Shown: positions 26,312 through 39,116 of the stretch, piece by piece
Position numbering within the stretch: the first letter of the stretch is position 1
Layout: each line of letters starts with the position of its first letter
Origin: Eledone cirrhosa
Lineage: Eukaryota
Direction of reading: 5' to 3'
DNA length: 64,000 nucleotides
Assembly: GCA_964016885.1 (NCBI GenBank)
Contig: OZ024757.1
Location: 26,350,001-26,414,000 of the forward strand
Notes under the pieces: model-generated
The model's database searches: none
Told to the model about the DNA's origin: nothing
What the model saw: only the letters and a program-made list of their open reading frames with translations
Made by a program: the position numbers and the translations under genes

Positions 26312-27940
26312 GATAGATAGATAAATTTCTTTATTAGCCACAAGGGCACAAAAGAAGGGGACAAATACAAATGGGGAGTTTACATACAGGTATATAAAAA
26401 TAAAACTATTAATAAAATAACAAATAACAATTGAAATCCCCAATAGGGGGAAGGCGTTACACAGGGGTTGTACACACCTCGAAAAAATGTACAACCCTCA
26501 TCTCCAGGAGCACCAAGAGTGAGTACTCCCTTCCTCTCTTCCTCTTTTTCCTCAACCTACAGGCTTATATAGAGAGAAGGCCCAACCACTCGGGCCATCT
26601 TTGCCACATTCACCCACCTTTTATAAAACTTGCTGGGGTACAGCACCTCTCTCTCCATCCTGATTCTTCTTCCAAAATGATATTTGAAAAAACGAATCAA
26701 TTGCTCGCCGGAGAGAAAGGTGTCTGACCTCAGCCCTTATAACCTCTTTCACCATAGCCATAACACATAGGAAAACCGCCTCTCCCTCGTTTTTGAAGGA
26801 GGGTGGCGGTTTGATCATGACAATGGACTCGGTGGTCAACTGGATTGGTCCCACCCGCGACAATAGTCGTTCTACATAGCCCCACAGGTCGGTAACGCCC
26901 GGGCAGTGTACAAATGCGTGCGCGATGGTTTCCTCGTTGCGCACGCATCTCGGACAGATCTTTTACGATGGGTCCCTGCCCGGGCGCCCGTGTCTGTAGA
27001 GCTTGTCTCGAACTGGTAGAGCTCCTCGGTAGCACTGCCAGGCCAGGGACTTTTGGAAGTTGTCCATTGGTCCCGGGCGGAAGGTCCTACCGAACAGACT
27101 GGCCAGTTTGTCTTCCTCTATGCCTAGAGTTTCTCCGAGCGCGTCGTCGCACTTGCTGTGGACCAACCCTCTTTAGAATGTCGAAGTGGAGTCTCCACTG
27201 ATCACCGGGTCCATTTGCCAGAGGACTGTGAGCGCCTGAGCACATTTGATGTGCCAGTCGCCCATTTTCCTCGGTCTTTGTTTGACCCAGGACTGCAGCT
27301 CGGTCAGCGAGACGAGTCATGGGAAGGCTCGCCTCACGAACGGGTCCCACACCGGTTGTCCGGTGAGGAATACATGGAAGTGCCGCAGCCTGAGCGCGTG
27401 TTTGCGCATTGTCAGCCACGGTATCCCCAGCCCTCCGTTTGAAGGGTGTTGGCAGCAGATGGATCTTCTCACCAAAGGAGCCCATTTCTTACAAAGGAAT
27501 TGGAAGAGCGCGCGCTCCATTTCGGTGAGCGTTTTGGCTGGACACGGCACGACGGTCAAGCGGTAGTAGATGACGGACGCTATAAAAGTGTTCGCCACCT
27601 CCGCTCGACCTTTCAAGGATAGTTTGCACTCGGTCCACTTCTGGGTGAGTGCAAACACCTTGGCCATCACCTCGTTCCAGTTCTTCTCCACCTGGAGGTC
27701 CGGACCAAACCAGGCCCCCGAGCAGTGTCCGTCCAGTGTCCGATGACGCCATCGGAAGGCATCGGTTTACCTCTCCACGTTCTGAGTTGCAAACCGACGG
27801 ATTTGTCCCAGTTCAGCTTCGCTCCTGTGAATCTTTCATATTCCTCCAGTAAGGTGCCGACCTCTCCGATTTGCGAGGTGCCCGACACCATTCTCCCGCT
27901 TCCAGGAGACCGGAGAACAAGTCTGGCATTGCTACGTGGA
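26312..27940 (-). mobile_element. Tx1/L1-clade LINE ORF2 3' portion, frameshifted
   Basis: YERFTGAKLNWDKS, LSLKGRAEVANTFIASVIYYRL, GGLGIP, SLAWQCYRGALPVRDKL and the zf-RVT motif EETIAHAFVHCP. 3' end GGCTAATAAAG followed by (TATC)n. GC-rich island. Confidence 0.9.
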
Positions 27941-28030
27941 TAGATAGATATGTTTCTTTATTAGCCACAGTAGCAGAAAAGAAGGGGACAAATACAAAGA
28001 GGGAAGTTTACATACAATAAAAACGTGTAA
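27941..28030 (-). mobile_element. Second short 3' end of the same Tx1/L1 family
   Basis: TTTCTTTATTAGCCACA...AAAGAAGGGGACAAATACAAA.GGG.AGTTTACATACA duplicates 26326-26390. Confidence 0.75.
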
Positions 28031-28378
28031 AATAGATAGATAGATAGATTAGTAGGTAGGTAGATAGGTAGGTGGGTAGGTAGATGGGTAGGTAGGTAGA
28101 TAGGTAGATAGATAGTTGGAAAAATAGGTAGATAGGTAGGTAGATGGGTAGGTAGGTAGATAGGTAGATAGATAGTTGGAAAAATAGGTAGATAGGTAGG
28201 TAGATGGGTAGGTAGGTAGATAGGTAGATAGATAGTTAGAAAAATAGGTAGGTAGGTAGGTAGGTAGGTAGGTAAGTAGGTAGGTATATAGGGAGGTAGG
28301 TAGGTAGGTAGATAGATAAATAGATATATAGATAGGTTGGTAGGTAGAAAGATAGAAAGGAAGGTAGGTTGGTAGATC
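28030..28378. repeat. (TAGG/TAGA)n with 60-bp higher-order unit
   Basis: Lines 28081, 28141 and 28201 are nearly identical. Confidence 0.9.
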
Positions 28379-28458
28379 AACAGTAACAGTTAGAAGGGGG
28401 AAAAAAGGAACCAGAGAATAATTAATAAAGTACTGAGAGAAAATAAAGGAAACAATAA

Positions 28459-29592
28459 GGTGGTGGTGGTGGTGGTGGTGATGGTGGTGGTGGTGGTGGT
28501 GGTGGTGGTGGTGGTGGTGGTGGTGATGGTGGTGGTGATGGTGGTGGTGATGATGGTGGTGGTGGTGATGTTGGTGGTGGTGGTGGTGGTGGTGATGGTG
28601 GTGGTGGTGGTGGTGGTGGTGATGTTGGTGGTGGTGGTGGTGATGGTGATGGTGGTGGTGGTGGTGGTGATGTTGGTGGTGGTGGTGGTGGTGATGGTGG
28701 TGTTGATGGTGGTGGTGGTGGAGGTGGTGATGGTGGTGGTGGTGATGGTGATGGTGGTGGTGATTGCGGTGGTGGTGGTGGTGGTGGTGGTGATGTTGAT
28801 GGTGGTGGTGATGGTGGTGGTGGTGGTGGTGATGGTGGTGGTGGTAATGGTGATGGTGGTGGTGATTGCGGTGGTGATGGTGATGGTGGTGGTGATGGTG
28901 GTGGTGGTGATGGTGATGGTGGTGGTGATTGCGGTGGTGATGGTGGTGGTGGTGATGGTGGTGGTGGTGGTGGTGGTGGTGATGGTGGTGGTGGTGGTGG
29001 TGGTGGTGGTGATGGTGGTGGTGATGGTGGTGGTGATGGTGGTGGTGATGTTGATGGTGGTGGTGGTGGTGATGGTGGTGGTGATGTTGGTGGTGGTGGT
29101 GATGGTGGTGGTGATGATGGTGGTGATGGTGGTGGTGATGTTGGTGGTGGTGGTGGTGATGGTGGTGATGTTGGTGGTGGTGATGATGGTGGTGGTGATG
29201 ATGGTGGTGGTGGTGGTGGTGGTGGTGATGGTGGTGATGGTGATGGTGGTGGTGATGGTGGTGATGGTGGTGGTGGTGATGATGGTGGTGGTGGTGATGG
29301 TGGTGGTGGTGGTGGTGGTGGTGGTGATGGTGGTGGTGATGGTGGTGGTGGTGATGATGGTGGTGGTGGTGATGGTGGTGGTGATGGTGGTGGTGATGTT
29401 GGTGGTGATGGTGGTGGTGGTGGTGATGGTGGTGATGTTGGTGGTGGTGATGATGGTGGTGGTGGTGATGGTGGTGGTGGTGGTGGTGGTGGTGGTGGTG
29501 GTGGTGGTGGTGATGGTGGTGGTGATGGTGGTGGTGGTGATTGTGGAGGTGGTAATCATGGTGCTGCTGCAACTGGTGGTGGTGGTGGTGGT
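28459..29592. repeat. ~1.1-kb (GGT/GAT)n array
   Basis: Direct inspection; gives the poly-His, poly-Thr and poly-Val ORF artefacts. Confidence 0.95.
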
Positions 29593-30249
29593 GAATGGCA
29601 CCACAAAAAACTAAAGAAAATAACGGACAGAAGCTAAGAGAGAAAGAAAGAAAGAAAGAAAAGCAGAATGAAGGAAAAACTGAAGAAAGAAAGAAAAAAG
29701 AAAAGAAAGTAATGAGGGAAAGAGATGGGGTGGAGGTGGTGGTGGGGAGAGAAAAGTTTTCTTTTTTTTTGGTTTGTTTGTTTTCTTCTATTTTTTTCTG
29801 GAAATAGAAGTAAAAAGATGAAAAGTTGCAGCGATGATGCTTGCTGTTGCAGCAAGCTATGCATGCCCCATGGAATTCAAGCATCATTACCATATGCAGA
29901 TGTTACAGTGCACTAGCAACAGCTACAACTACAACAACAATGGCAGCAGCAACAACAACAACAACAGTAACAACAATGGCAGCAGTAACAACAACAACAG
30001 CAACAACAACAACAGCAGACCTTTGGGCGACTGAAGAATGGATAGGTGGGGTGGGGCGAGGGTTTGTAGGGGGGGGGGGTGGAATTTTGTTCTAACATTT
30101 TATATTTTATTTAAGTCATATTGTAATTTTTTTGTGGTTTTGTTTTTAAATATTTTGTTAATGTTTTTAGGTTTATTTCTTATTTTATTTTATATATATG
30201 TATATATATATATATATCATCATCATCATTTTAGGTATATTTATATATA

Positions 30250-30345
30250 TATAGGGTGTCCCCCCAAAATGTATACACACTTCAACAGAATTCTAATAAA
30301 TATGTGTATATATTTTTGGAGGGACACCCTGTATGTATGTATATA

Positions 30346-30387
<42 letters not shown>

Positions 30388-30445
30388 CACATATTTATTA
30401 GAATTCTGTTGAAGTGTGTATACATTTTGGGGGGACACCCTATAT
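30250..30445. mobile_element. Tc1/mariner-type mini-MITE plus inverted partial copy
   Basis: TA-(C/T)AGGGTGTCCC ... GGGACACCCTG-TA at 30250-30333. 30385-30445 is the reverse complement of 30250-30310. Confidence 0.7.
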
Positions 30446-30552
30446 ATATATATATGTATATATATTTTTTTGCTGTTGTTTGGTGGGAGATGCTGCTGTG
30501 TTGAATTTTGATGATGTTTTAAAACTGTTGTTGTTATCAATATCATTGTTGT

Positions 30553-30615
30553 TGATAAAATAAAGTACCAGTAATACACTGGGGTAATAGCTGGCCTTGT
30601 GCCAAAAAGTAGAAA

Positions 30616-30655
<40 letters not shown>

Positions 30656-31100
30656 AGGGCGGTGGATTGGCAGTATCGGTAGAGGGTCGGACACCATGCT
30701 TTGCAGTAAAGAGTTACGGCCCTTTACGGTCTGAGTTCAAATCCCGCCGAGGTTAACTTTGCCTTTCATCCTTACGGGGGTCGATAAAATAAAGTACCAG
30801 TAATACACTGGGGTAATAGCTGGCCTTGTGCCAAAAAGTAGAAACAATTATTATTATTATTATTATTATAGGTGGATTGGCAGAATCAGTAGAGTGTCGG
30901 ACAATATGCTTGGTGGCATAGAGTTACTACCCTTTACGTTCCGAGTCCAAATCCGCCGAAGTTAGCTTTGCTTCTCATCCTTATGGGGTCGATAAAATAC
31001 AGTACCAGTAATACACTGGGGCCGATTTGATCAACTTTCTCTCCCCCACCCCCCAAAAAAATTTGCTGGCCTTGTGCCTAAAGCAGAAATCATTATTATT
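30553..31100 (+). mobile_element. Tandem main-family SINEs (one tail plus two full copies)
   Basis: Copies at about 30553-30620, 30657-30850 and 30870-31100, separated by (TTA)n. Confidence 0.85.
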
Positions 31101-31111
31101 ACTATTATTAT

Positions 31112-31948
31112 CCAGTAATACACTGGGGTAATTGCTGGCCTTGCGCCTAAAGTAGAAACAATTATTATTATTATTATTATCCAGTAATACACTGGGGTAA
31201 TTGCTGGCCTTGCGCCTAAAGTAGAAACAATTATTATTATTATTATTATCCAGTAATACACTGGGGTAATTGCTGGCCTTGCGCCTAAAGTAGAAACAAT
31301 TATTATTATTATTATTATCCAGTAATACACTGGGGTAATTGCTGGCCTTGCGCCTAAAGTAGAAACAATTATTATTATTATTATTATCCAGTAATACACT
31401 GGGGTAATTGCTGGCCTTGCGCCTAAAGTAGAAACAATTATTATTATTATTATTATCCAGTAATACACTGGGGTAATTGCTGGCCTTGCGCCTAAAGTAG
31501 AAACAATTATTATTATTATTATTATCCAGTAATACACTGGGGTAATTTCTGGCCTTGCGCCTAAAGTAGAAACAATTATTATTATTATTATTATCCAGTA
31601 ATACACTGGGGTAATTGCTGGCCTTGCGCCTAAAGTAGAAACAATTATTATTATTATTATTATCCAGTAATACACTGGAGTAATTGCTGGCCTTGCGCCT
31701 AAAGTAGAAACAATTATTATTATTATTATTATTATCCAGTAATACACTGGGGTAATTGCTGGCCTTGCGCCTAAAGCAGAAACAATTATTATTATTATTA
31801 TTATCCAGTAATACACTGGGGTAATTGCTGGCCTTGCGCCTAAAGTAAAAACAATTATTATTATTATTATTATCCAGTAATACACTGGGGTAATTGCTGG
31901 CCTTGCGCCTAAAGTAGAAACAATTATTATTATTATTATTATTATTAT
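31112..31948. repeat. 69-bp minisatellite (12 copies) made of the SINE 3' tail plus (TTA)n
   Basis: Unit CCAGTAATACACTGGGGTAATTGCTGGCCTTGCGCCTAAAGTAGAAACAA(TTA)nT; 23-aa periodicity. Confidence 0.95.
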
Positions 31949-32199
31949 TTGGTATTTGTATGTTTTGTTTTTTTGTTTTTGTTGTTTTTATGATTTATTT
32001 CTTTATTTTATTGCCTCTGGTTTTTGTGGAGAAGAAGAAATATTTATATATTTTTTATTTTTTATTTATTAATTTTATTATATATTTATGTAATTTTTGT
32101 TTTTTGTTTTTTGTTTTTTGTAATTTTCTTTTTTTTTGTAGTTTTTATGGGTGTTGGGATGAGGGTGGAGAACAGGTGGTCAGTGGTAGTGGGTACTGA

Positions 32200-33335
32200 A
32201 GTGGTTGGTGAGGTGGTAGTGGTTGGTGAGGTGGTAGTGGTTGGTGAGGTGGTAGTGGTCGGTGAGGTGGTAGTGGTCGGTGAGGTGGTAGTGGTCGGTG
32301 AGGTGAGGTGGTAGTGGTCGGTGAGGTGAGGTGGTAGTGGTCGGTGAGGTGGTAGTGGTTGGTGAGGTGGTAGTGGTTGGTGAGGTGGTAGTGGTTGGTG
32401 AGGTGGTAGTGGTCGGTGAGGTGGTAGTGGTTGGTGAGGTGGTAGTGGTCGGTGAGGTGGTAGTGGTTGGTGAGGTGGTAGTGGTCGGTGAGGTGGTAGT
32501 GGTTGGTGAGGTGGTAGTGGTTGGTGAGGTGGTAGTGGTTGGTGAGGTGGTAGTGGTCGGTGAGGTGGTAGTGGTTGGTGAGGTGGTAGTGGTCGGTCGT
32601 GAGGTGGTAGAGGTCGGTGAGGTGGTAGTGGTCGGTGAGGTGGTAGTGGTTGGTGAGGTGGTAGTGGTCGGTGGTGAGGTGGTAGAGGTCGGTGAGGTGG
32701 TAGTGGTCGGTGAGGTGGTAGTGGTTGGTGAGGTGGTAGAGGTCGGTGAGGTGGTAGTGGTCGGTGAGGTGGTAGTGGTCGGTGAGGTGAGGTGAGGTGG
32801 TAGTGGTTGGTGAGGTGGTAGTGGTCGGTGAGGTGGTAGTGGTCGGTGAGGTGGTAGTGGTCGGTGAGGTGGTAGTGGTCGGTGAGGTGGTAGTGGTCGG
32901 TGAGGTGGTAGTGGTTGGTGAGGTGGTAGTGGTCGGTGGTGAGGTGGTAGAGGTCGGTGAGGTGGTAGTGGTCGGTGAGGTGGTAGTGGTCGGTGAGGTG
33001 GTAGTGGTCGGTGAGGTGGTAGTGGTCGGTGAGGTGGTAGTGGTCGGTGAGGTGGTAGTGGTTGGTGAGGTGGTAGTGGTCGGTGAGGTGGTAGTGGTCG
33101 GTGAGGTGGTAGTGGTTGGTGAGGTGGTAGTGGTTGGTGAGGTGGTAGTGGTCGGTGAGGTGGTAGTGGTCGGTGAGGTGAGGTGAGGTGGTAGTGGTTG
33201 GTGAGGTGGTAGTGGTCGGTGAGGTGGTAGTGGTCGGTGAGGTGGTAGTGGTCGGTGAGGTGGTAGTGGTCGGTGAGGTGGTAGTGGTCGGTGAGGTGGT
33301 AGTGGTCGGTGAGGTGGTAGTGGTCGGTGAGGTGT
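32200..33335. repeat. 18-bp G-rich minisatellite (~60 copies)
   Basis: Unit GGTGAGGTGGTAGTGGT(C/T). Confidence 0.95.
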
Positions 33336-33681
33336 TAGTGTTTAGTGAGATGGTAGTGATTTGTGCGGTGGGGGGGGGGGAATGGTCGGTGTGGCAGGGT
33401 GGATGTGGTCGGTGAGGTGTGGTGCAGTAGTAGTCAGTGTATAGGTGGTAGTAGTTGGGTAGGGGTACTAGTGTTAGTAGTTGGGGTGGTAGTGGCAGTG
33501 GTTGGTAGTGGACAGTGAGATGGGGCTGGAAGTGGTCGGTGTGTGTCAGGGGGGTGGATGTGGTCGGTGAGGTGTTATAGTGGTTGTTGTGTTCCTTGAA
33601 CTGGCAAGTTGTTGCTCATTGAAGACTTGCATGCTTGAGTGGGTCAGGAACTATGGTGAAAAATGACCAAAATACAATCAG

Positions 33682-33719
33682 TTAACAGCAACAGCAGCGC
33701 TTGTTGTTGTTGTTGTGAC
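33682..33719 (-). CDS. Weak candidate terminal exon ending KRCCCC*
   Basis: Acceptor ctcactgttgcag|GT. Phase-1 reading gives (G)HNNNNKRCCCC*, compatible with the phase-1 donor at 46719. Confidence 0.25.
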
Positions 33720-33744
33720 CTGCAACAGTGAGGTCACATGAACT

Positions 33745-33796
<52 letters not shown>

Positions 33797-33979
33797 GTGT
33801 GTGTGTCTATGTGTATGTGAGTGTGTGTCTGTTTTGGTAACTGTTGTTATCATAAATATGTTTTTTTTTCTTTTTTCCTGGGATTCAATGAAATAAAGAG
33901 AGAAGTAGCAGTAATTTACTGGGGTTGATCTCATTACTTGCAACCCATTGTGGCCTTGTGCATCTATGTCAAAAACACT

Positions 33980-34196
33980 TTAACCCTTTAGCATTTAAAC
34001 CAGCCATATCCGGACAGAATTCTCTCACCTCTTTCTGTTCAAACCAGCCATCACTGGCCACTCATACTGATGTTAAGGTATTGTTCTCAAAATAAATAAT
34101 ATTAAAATCTCATGGATTCGATATTATGTAAGATAAAGTGTTTTTCCGTGAAAATAAAATAATAAATATAGAGTAATGTAAATGGTAAAGGGTTAA
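33980..34196. mobile_element. piggyBac-type MITE
   Basis: TTAA-CCCTTTAGCATTTA ... AAATGGTAAAGGG-TTAA. Confidence 0.8.
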
Positions 34197-34394
34197 TTAT
34201 TATAAACATGCTCTTAATGTCCATCATATCAAACCACATTAACAAGACATTCTTGAACTGTGTGTGTGTGTGTGTGTGTAAGACATTCTCCAACAGGTCA
34301 AAGAAATGCTATGATTGTATTACATTAAATATTTATTCTAAAACTGCAAATTTTTACAACAATCTCTCCACTAATAAAGATATAAACATTTGGA

Positions 34395-34605
34395 TTAACC
34401 CTTTAGCATTTAAACTGATCATATCCGTCCAGAATTCTCTCACCTCTTTCTGTTCAAACTGGCCACTCATAATGATGTTATGGTATTGTTCTCAAAATAG
34501 ATAATATCAAAATCTCATAGATTCTTTGATACTATGTGAAATAAAAGCTTTTACTGTGAAAATATAATAGTAAATATAGAGTAATGTAAATGCTAAAGGG
34601 GTTAA
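34395..34605. mobile_element. piggyBac-type MITE
   Basis: Same TIRs and TTAA. The downstream flank is also duplicated relative to 34240-34390. Confidence 0.8.
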
Positions 34606-34959
34606 CAAACCACACAAACAAGACATTCTCCAACAGTACAAAAAAGCTCTATGACTGTATCACATTAAATATTAACATCTTTACTTTAGTTTACTCTTTG
34701 TTTTTACAATCTGTCCACTACAAAACATTTGAATAAACAAACCTGTTTTTTAAAAATATAAATTACACAATAATCAAAGCTATGTTCAAATCATTTTTGT
34801 GCTGACAATCGTTTCTTCCAAGCTTTCGTTTGAGCACTAACAATGTTTATACATATAATTAACCTCCTATTCAACTGAACAATCATATAGATATTTTCTG
34901 TTGAATCATTACAGAGTGTACAGGAATGGGGGAATGGTTAGGTTGGGTATACTGAGAAA

Positions 34960-35582
34960 TATATGGTTGTGTCATCACGGTACCTATGTGTTTATGTCAT
35001 CAGAGGTACCTACATGGTTATGTCATCAGTGGTACTACCTACATGTTTGTGTCATCACCGGCACCTACATGTTATACCATCGCTGCTACCTACGTGTTTG
35101 TGTCATCACCGGTACCTACATGTTATGTCATGACTGCTACCTACATGTTTGTCATCAGTGGTACCTACATGTTATGTCATGACTGCTACCTACATGTTTG
35201 TCATCAGTGGTACCTACATGTTATGTCATGACTGCTACCTACATGTTTGTCATCAGTGGTACCTACATGTCATGCCTCCACTGCTACCTACATGTTTGTC
35301 GTCAGTGGTACTTACATGCTATGCCATGACTATTATCTACATGGTTATGCCATGACTATTACCTACATGGTTATGCCATCACTCTTACCTACATGGTTAT
35401 GTCATCACTGGTACCTACATGTTATGTAATCAGTACTACCTACATGGTTATGTCATGAGAGTATCTACATGGTTATGCCATGTCTGTTCCCTACATGGTT
35501 ATGTCATCAGTAATATCTACATGGTTATGCCATCACTACTACCTACATGTTATGTCATCACTGGTACCTACATGTTTGTCAT
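34960..35582. repeat. Degenerate ~27-30-bp minisatellite
   Basis: Recurring TACCTACATG(G)TTATGTCATCA motif, about 20 copies. Confidence 0.85.
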
Positions 35583-35589
35583 ATATATT

Positions 35590-35710
35590 TTTCTTTCTTT
35601 CCAGAACTGCTGCAACCCGCTGGGATTCACTTCCTGCCCACACTTTTTCCCCAAAACCTTCATTTGCAAAGGTTCAAGTTGAAAAGGGATCCCACATCAA
35701 CTCCACAAAC
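35590..35710 (+). pseudogene. CR1/Jockey-group LINE C-terminal remnant
   Basis: The frameshifted reading SFF.RTAATRWDSLPAHTF..LHLQRFK resembles the SFFPRT..LWNSLP...F.....L..FK motif. Confidence 0.5.
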
Positions 35711-37279
35711 TTTGGGAGACGAGGATAAAGTAAAGGTAAAGGCAGCTTTATTTTTTAATTTTTATTGTTGTCAGGTTTAAGGGCCATTGCCCATAATCTT
35801 TTTTCAGGGACTCTGAAATTGGTGGTGATATTTGTTTATGTACTACATAGACAGAATTCCCACTGTTCAACAGATAAGCATGTGAAAATCCATGTTACTT
35901 AAGAAAGAAGTGAGGGTTAATTTTAACTGATTTTCTCAACGAACAACAAATTTATTGTAACAAAATTCAAGTGTCTTTTGTGGTTATGAAAATGGAAAAG
36001 GAAAGGAAAGGCAAGGGCTCTGGGAGTCACAGAAGAATAGGGAGGGGGAAGAGGGAGGGTGATGGGCTCTAGGTCTAGGGTGTGGCAGTATTGGGGCTGC
36101 GCCTCGTGGACAAGACTGCAAAAGTATTCCCACGGACAATGGCCAGCGACACCCACTGCAACAGCCACCCCTACCTCTTGAAGGTTAGAGTTGGTATCAA
36201 GAAAGACAGCCAGCTGAAGATTTCTGGCTTAGAATGTGTTGTCAAGCCCATGCCAGCAAAATAAAAAGATATAAACACTAAGAATGATGATGATGATGAC
36301 ATGAGTGGTATGTGTACATATCTAGATGTGTGATTTTTAAACATGGAACTAAAGATCGTAGAAGCAGTAGAGCAACGACCAAATTAGCTTCCGGTATTTC
36401 ATTACAGCATGCCACAATCACCATTGCTTTTACATTGACTTTTTCACCATTCTTGCATGGGTTGGGCAGAACATTTTCTGGGCTATGTTTTACAGATGGA
36501 TGCCCTTTTTGACACCAACCCCCATTTTTAATTGCTTCTTATGATAGAGTGTACCTGACATGCAGGGATACGTTGTACCTTGTACTTATTCTAAACCTAT
36601 TCTAAACCAGATCTGAATTCAAAATCTTGAGATTTGAACTCAGAGCACAGAAAGCAAGAACAAATATCAGAAAATATTCTATTTGACATTCTAACAACTC
36701 TTCCAATTTGCTGCCTCTCGGTAAAAGAACAGTAGCGCTATTTAATATTATTAAAATTTTTTTAGGAAAACAAAAAATACATTATCAAACGAAAAAAGAA
36801 AAAAACAGAACTAGCAAAGAGCAATAAAAGAGAAAAAGGAAAAAAAAACAAAACAGTAAAACAGTATTTAAAATTTTAAATAGCGATAATAGAATTAAAG
36901 GGGAAAAAATTTTAAACAGCAATATTAAAGATCTTTAAAAATAAATAAAAGGGAGAGAGTGAAAGAGAGAAAAGGAGAGAGTGAGAGAGAGAGTTGGATG
37001 TATTCCAGAAGAAATGTTACTTTCTCTGTTAATTTAAATTTAAATTGGAGTTACAAGAAATAAAAAAGACAGTCTCTCTATATATATATGTGTATATATA
37101 TATATTTGTTTACAAGTATATTCCTTTTACAGAAGTATGTATGTATATATATATATATATATATGTATATATTGTATATTTGTTTACGAGTATATTCCTT
37201 TTATAGAAGTGTGTGTGTATGCATGTATATATGTGTGTGTATATATATATATATACACACACATATACATATATATATT

Positions 37280-38092
37280 TTCTCTCTAAAAATGAAAGGC
37301 AGATTGTATGATGCCTGTATACGAATAGAAATGCTACATGGCAGTGAGACACGGGCATTACATACAGCGGACCTGCGTAGACTGGAAAGGAACGAAGCAT
37401 GCATGCTCCGTTGGATATGTAATAGTAATATACATGAACGGCAAAGCATAAATGAACTAAGTGAGAAATTAGGAATAAGAGGGATCAGATGCTGTTTACT
37501 TGAGAGAAGACTACGTTGGTATGGCCACGTGATGCGCATGAAAGACGACAGCTGCATAAAAAAGTGCAGGGCGATCAAAATTGATGGTAGTTACGGAGTA
37601 GGTAGACCCAGAAAAACCTGGGATGATCTGATAAATTCCGACCTTACACACTTATATCTCTCTAAGACAATGTCTCTGGACCAAGATCTTTGGCGCTACG
37701 CAGTAATACAGAAGACCCACCTTGCCTATGTACAAAGCGAAACCTACAGTCAGTAGGCACCTCTTAACTAAATATACACTCCAATCCACTACCCTTACCC
37801 TATCCTCACCAACAGCACGAGATAATGAGATCGAGATCGTGTAGGTGTTACAACAAAAAACACACAGTCCACGCTGTAATGTGGCCGTATAGGTAACACG
37901 GTAAAAAGTTCCCAGTTCCACGCTGTAAATGTGGTTGGTGTTAGGAAGGGCATCCAGCTGTAGAAAACCTGCCAGATAGTCCTATATGAGCGAGACATGG
38001 TCACCCGACCGACCTTGCCGCAAGTGGGACAACTCCCGTCTAACCCATGCTAGCGTGGAAAATGGACGTTAAACGAAGATGATGATGATGAT
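37280..38092 (+). mobile_element. RTE LINE family B, 5'-truncated copy
   Basis: KGRLYDACIR..MLHGSET.AL...DLRRLERNEACMLRWIC...RRLRWYGHVMRM...GRPRKTWDD, followed by the 3' UTR and tail. Confidence 0.9.
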
Positions 38093-38232
38093 ATATATAT
38101 ATGGAGGGGTATGTATGTGTGTGTTTGTATGTATATGTCTATCATCATCATCATCATCATCATCATTGTTTAAAGCGTCCATCTTCCATGCTAGCATGTA
38201 TTTATTTACAAGTATGTTCCTTTTTACAGAAG

Positions 38233-38286
<54 letters not shown>

Positions 38287-38686
38287 AAAAGAGTCAGGAC
38301 CCCTATTACCCACTCTACTACCCTAAGTATCGAGTACTCTGGTCCACCTGGTTCCTTACCACACTTTCTTCGTTATGTATATATATATATACATACACAC
38401 ACACATATATATATATATATATAAATAGCCGTCGAAACGGCTTGAGCTCTGCCGTCGGGGTCATACATTTTCCTATTTCCCACTCAACTACCCTAAGTAT
38501 TGAGTACTCTGGTGCATTATGGTCCATCTGGTTCCTTACCACCCATCTAACCCATGCTAGCATGGAAGAACGGACGTAAAATGGTGATGATGATGATGAT
38601 GAACTCCTTCGTTATATAAATATATATATATATATATGTTTATATATATGTGTGTGTGTGTATGTATGTTTATATATATATATATA

Positions 38687-39086
38687 TCATCATCATCAAC
38701 ATCATCATCAACGTTTAACGTCCGTGTTCCACGCTTGCATGGGTTTGGACGGAGGTAGTCCCACTTGAGGTGGCAAGAGTGGTTGTCTTGCTCGCATAGG
38801 ACTGTCTGGCAGGTTTTCTACAGTTGGATGCCCTTCCTAACACCAACCACATTTACAGTGTGGGTCTGGGAGGTTTCTACCGTGTTGCCTACACGGCCAC
38901 ATTACAGCGTGGACTGTGCGTTTTTTTGTCGTGACACCTACACGATCTCATTTGTTTCGGCCTGGATGGTGTGGCACCAACACAACTTTACATAGAACGG
39001 GGTGGCGTGGATGGGGTGGGGGTGGTGGGACGGGGGGGGGGGGGGTATTTTGTTAGAGATGTCTACTGGTTGTAGTAGGTTTTACT
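38687..39086 (-). mobile_element. RTE family B 3' end
   Basis: Near-identical reverse complement of 25420-25790. Confidence 0.85.
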
Positions 39087-39116
39087 ATATATATATATAT
39101 ATAAAGGAAAAAGTAT

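Noticed and set aside
28049-29893. 614-aa poly-His ORF and overlapping poly-Thr and poly-Val ORFs
   Set aside because: Translation of a (GGT/GAT)n microsatellite; open in several frames with no protein-like content.
31031-31948. CRISPR-like array or 284-aa repeat protein
   Set aside because: Units are identical SINE tails with (TTA)n. There are no unique spacers and no cas genes, and the context is eukaryotic.
35595-35735. Plus-strand exon with a good acceptor (ttctttctttccag)
   Set aside because: Better explained as a frameshifted CR1/Jockey LINE C-terminal remnant.
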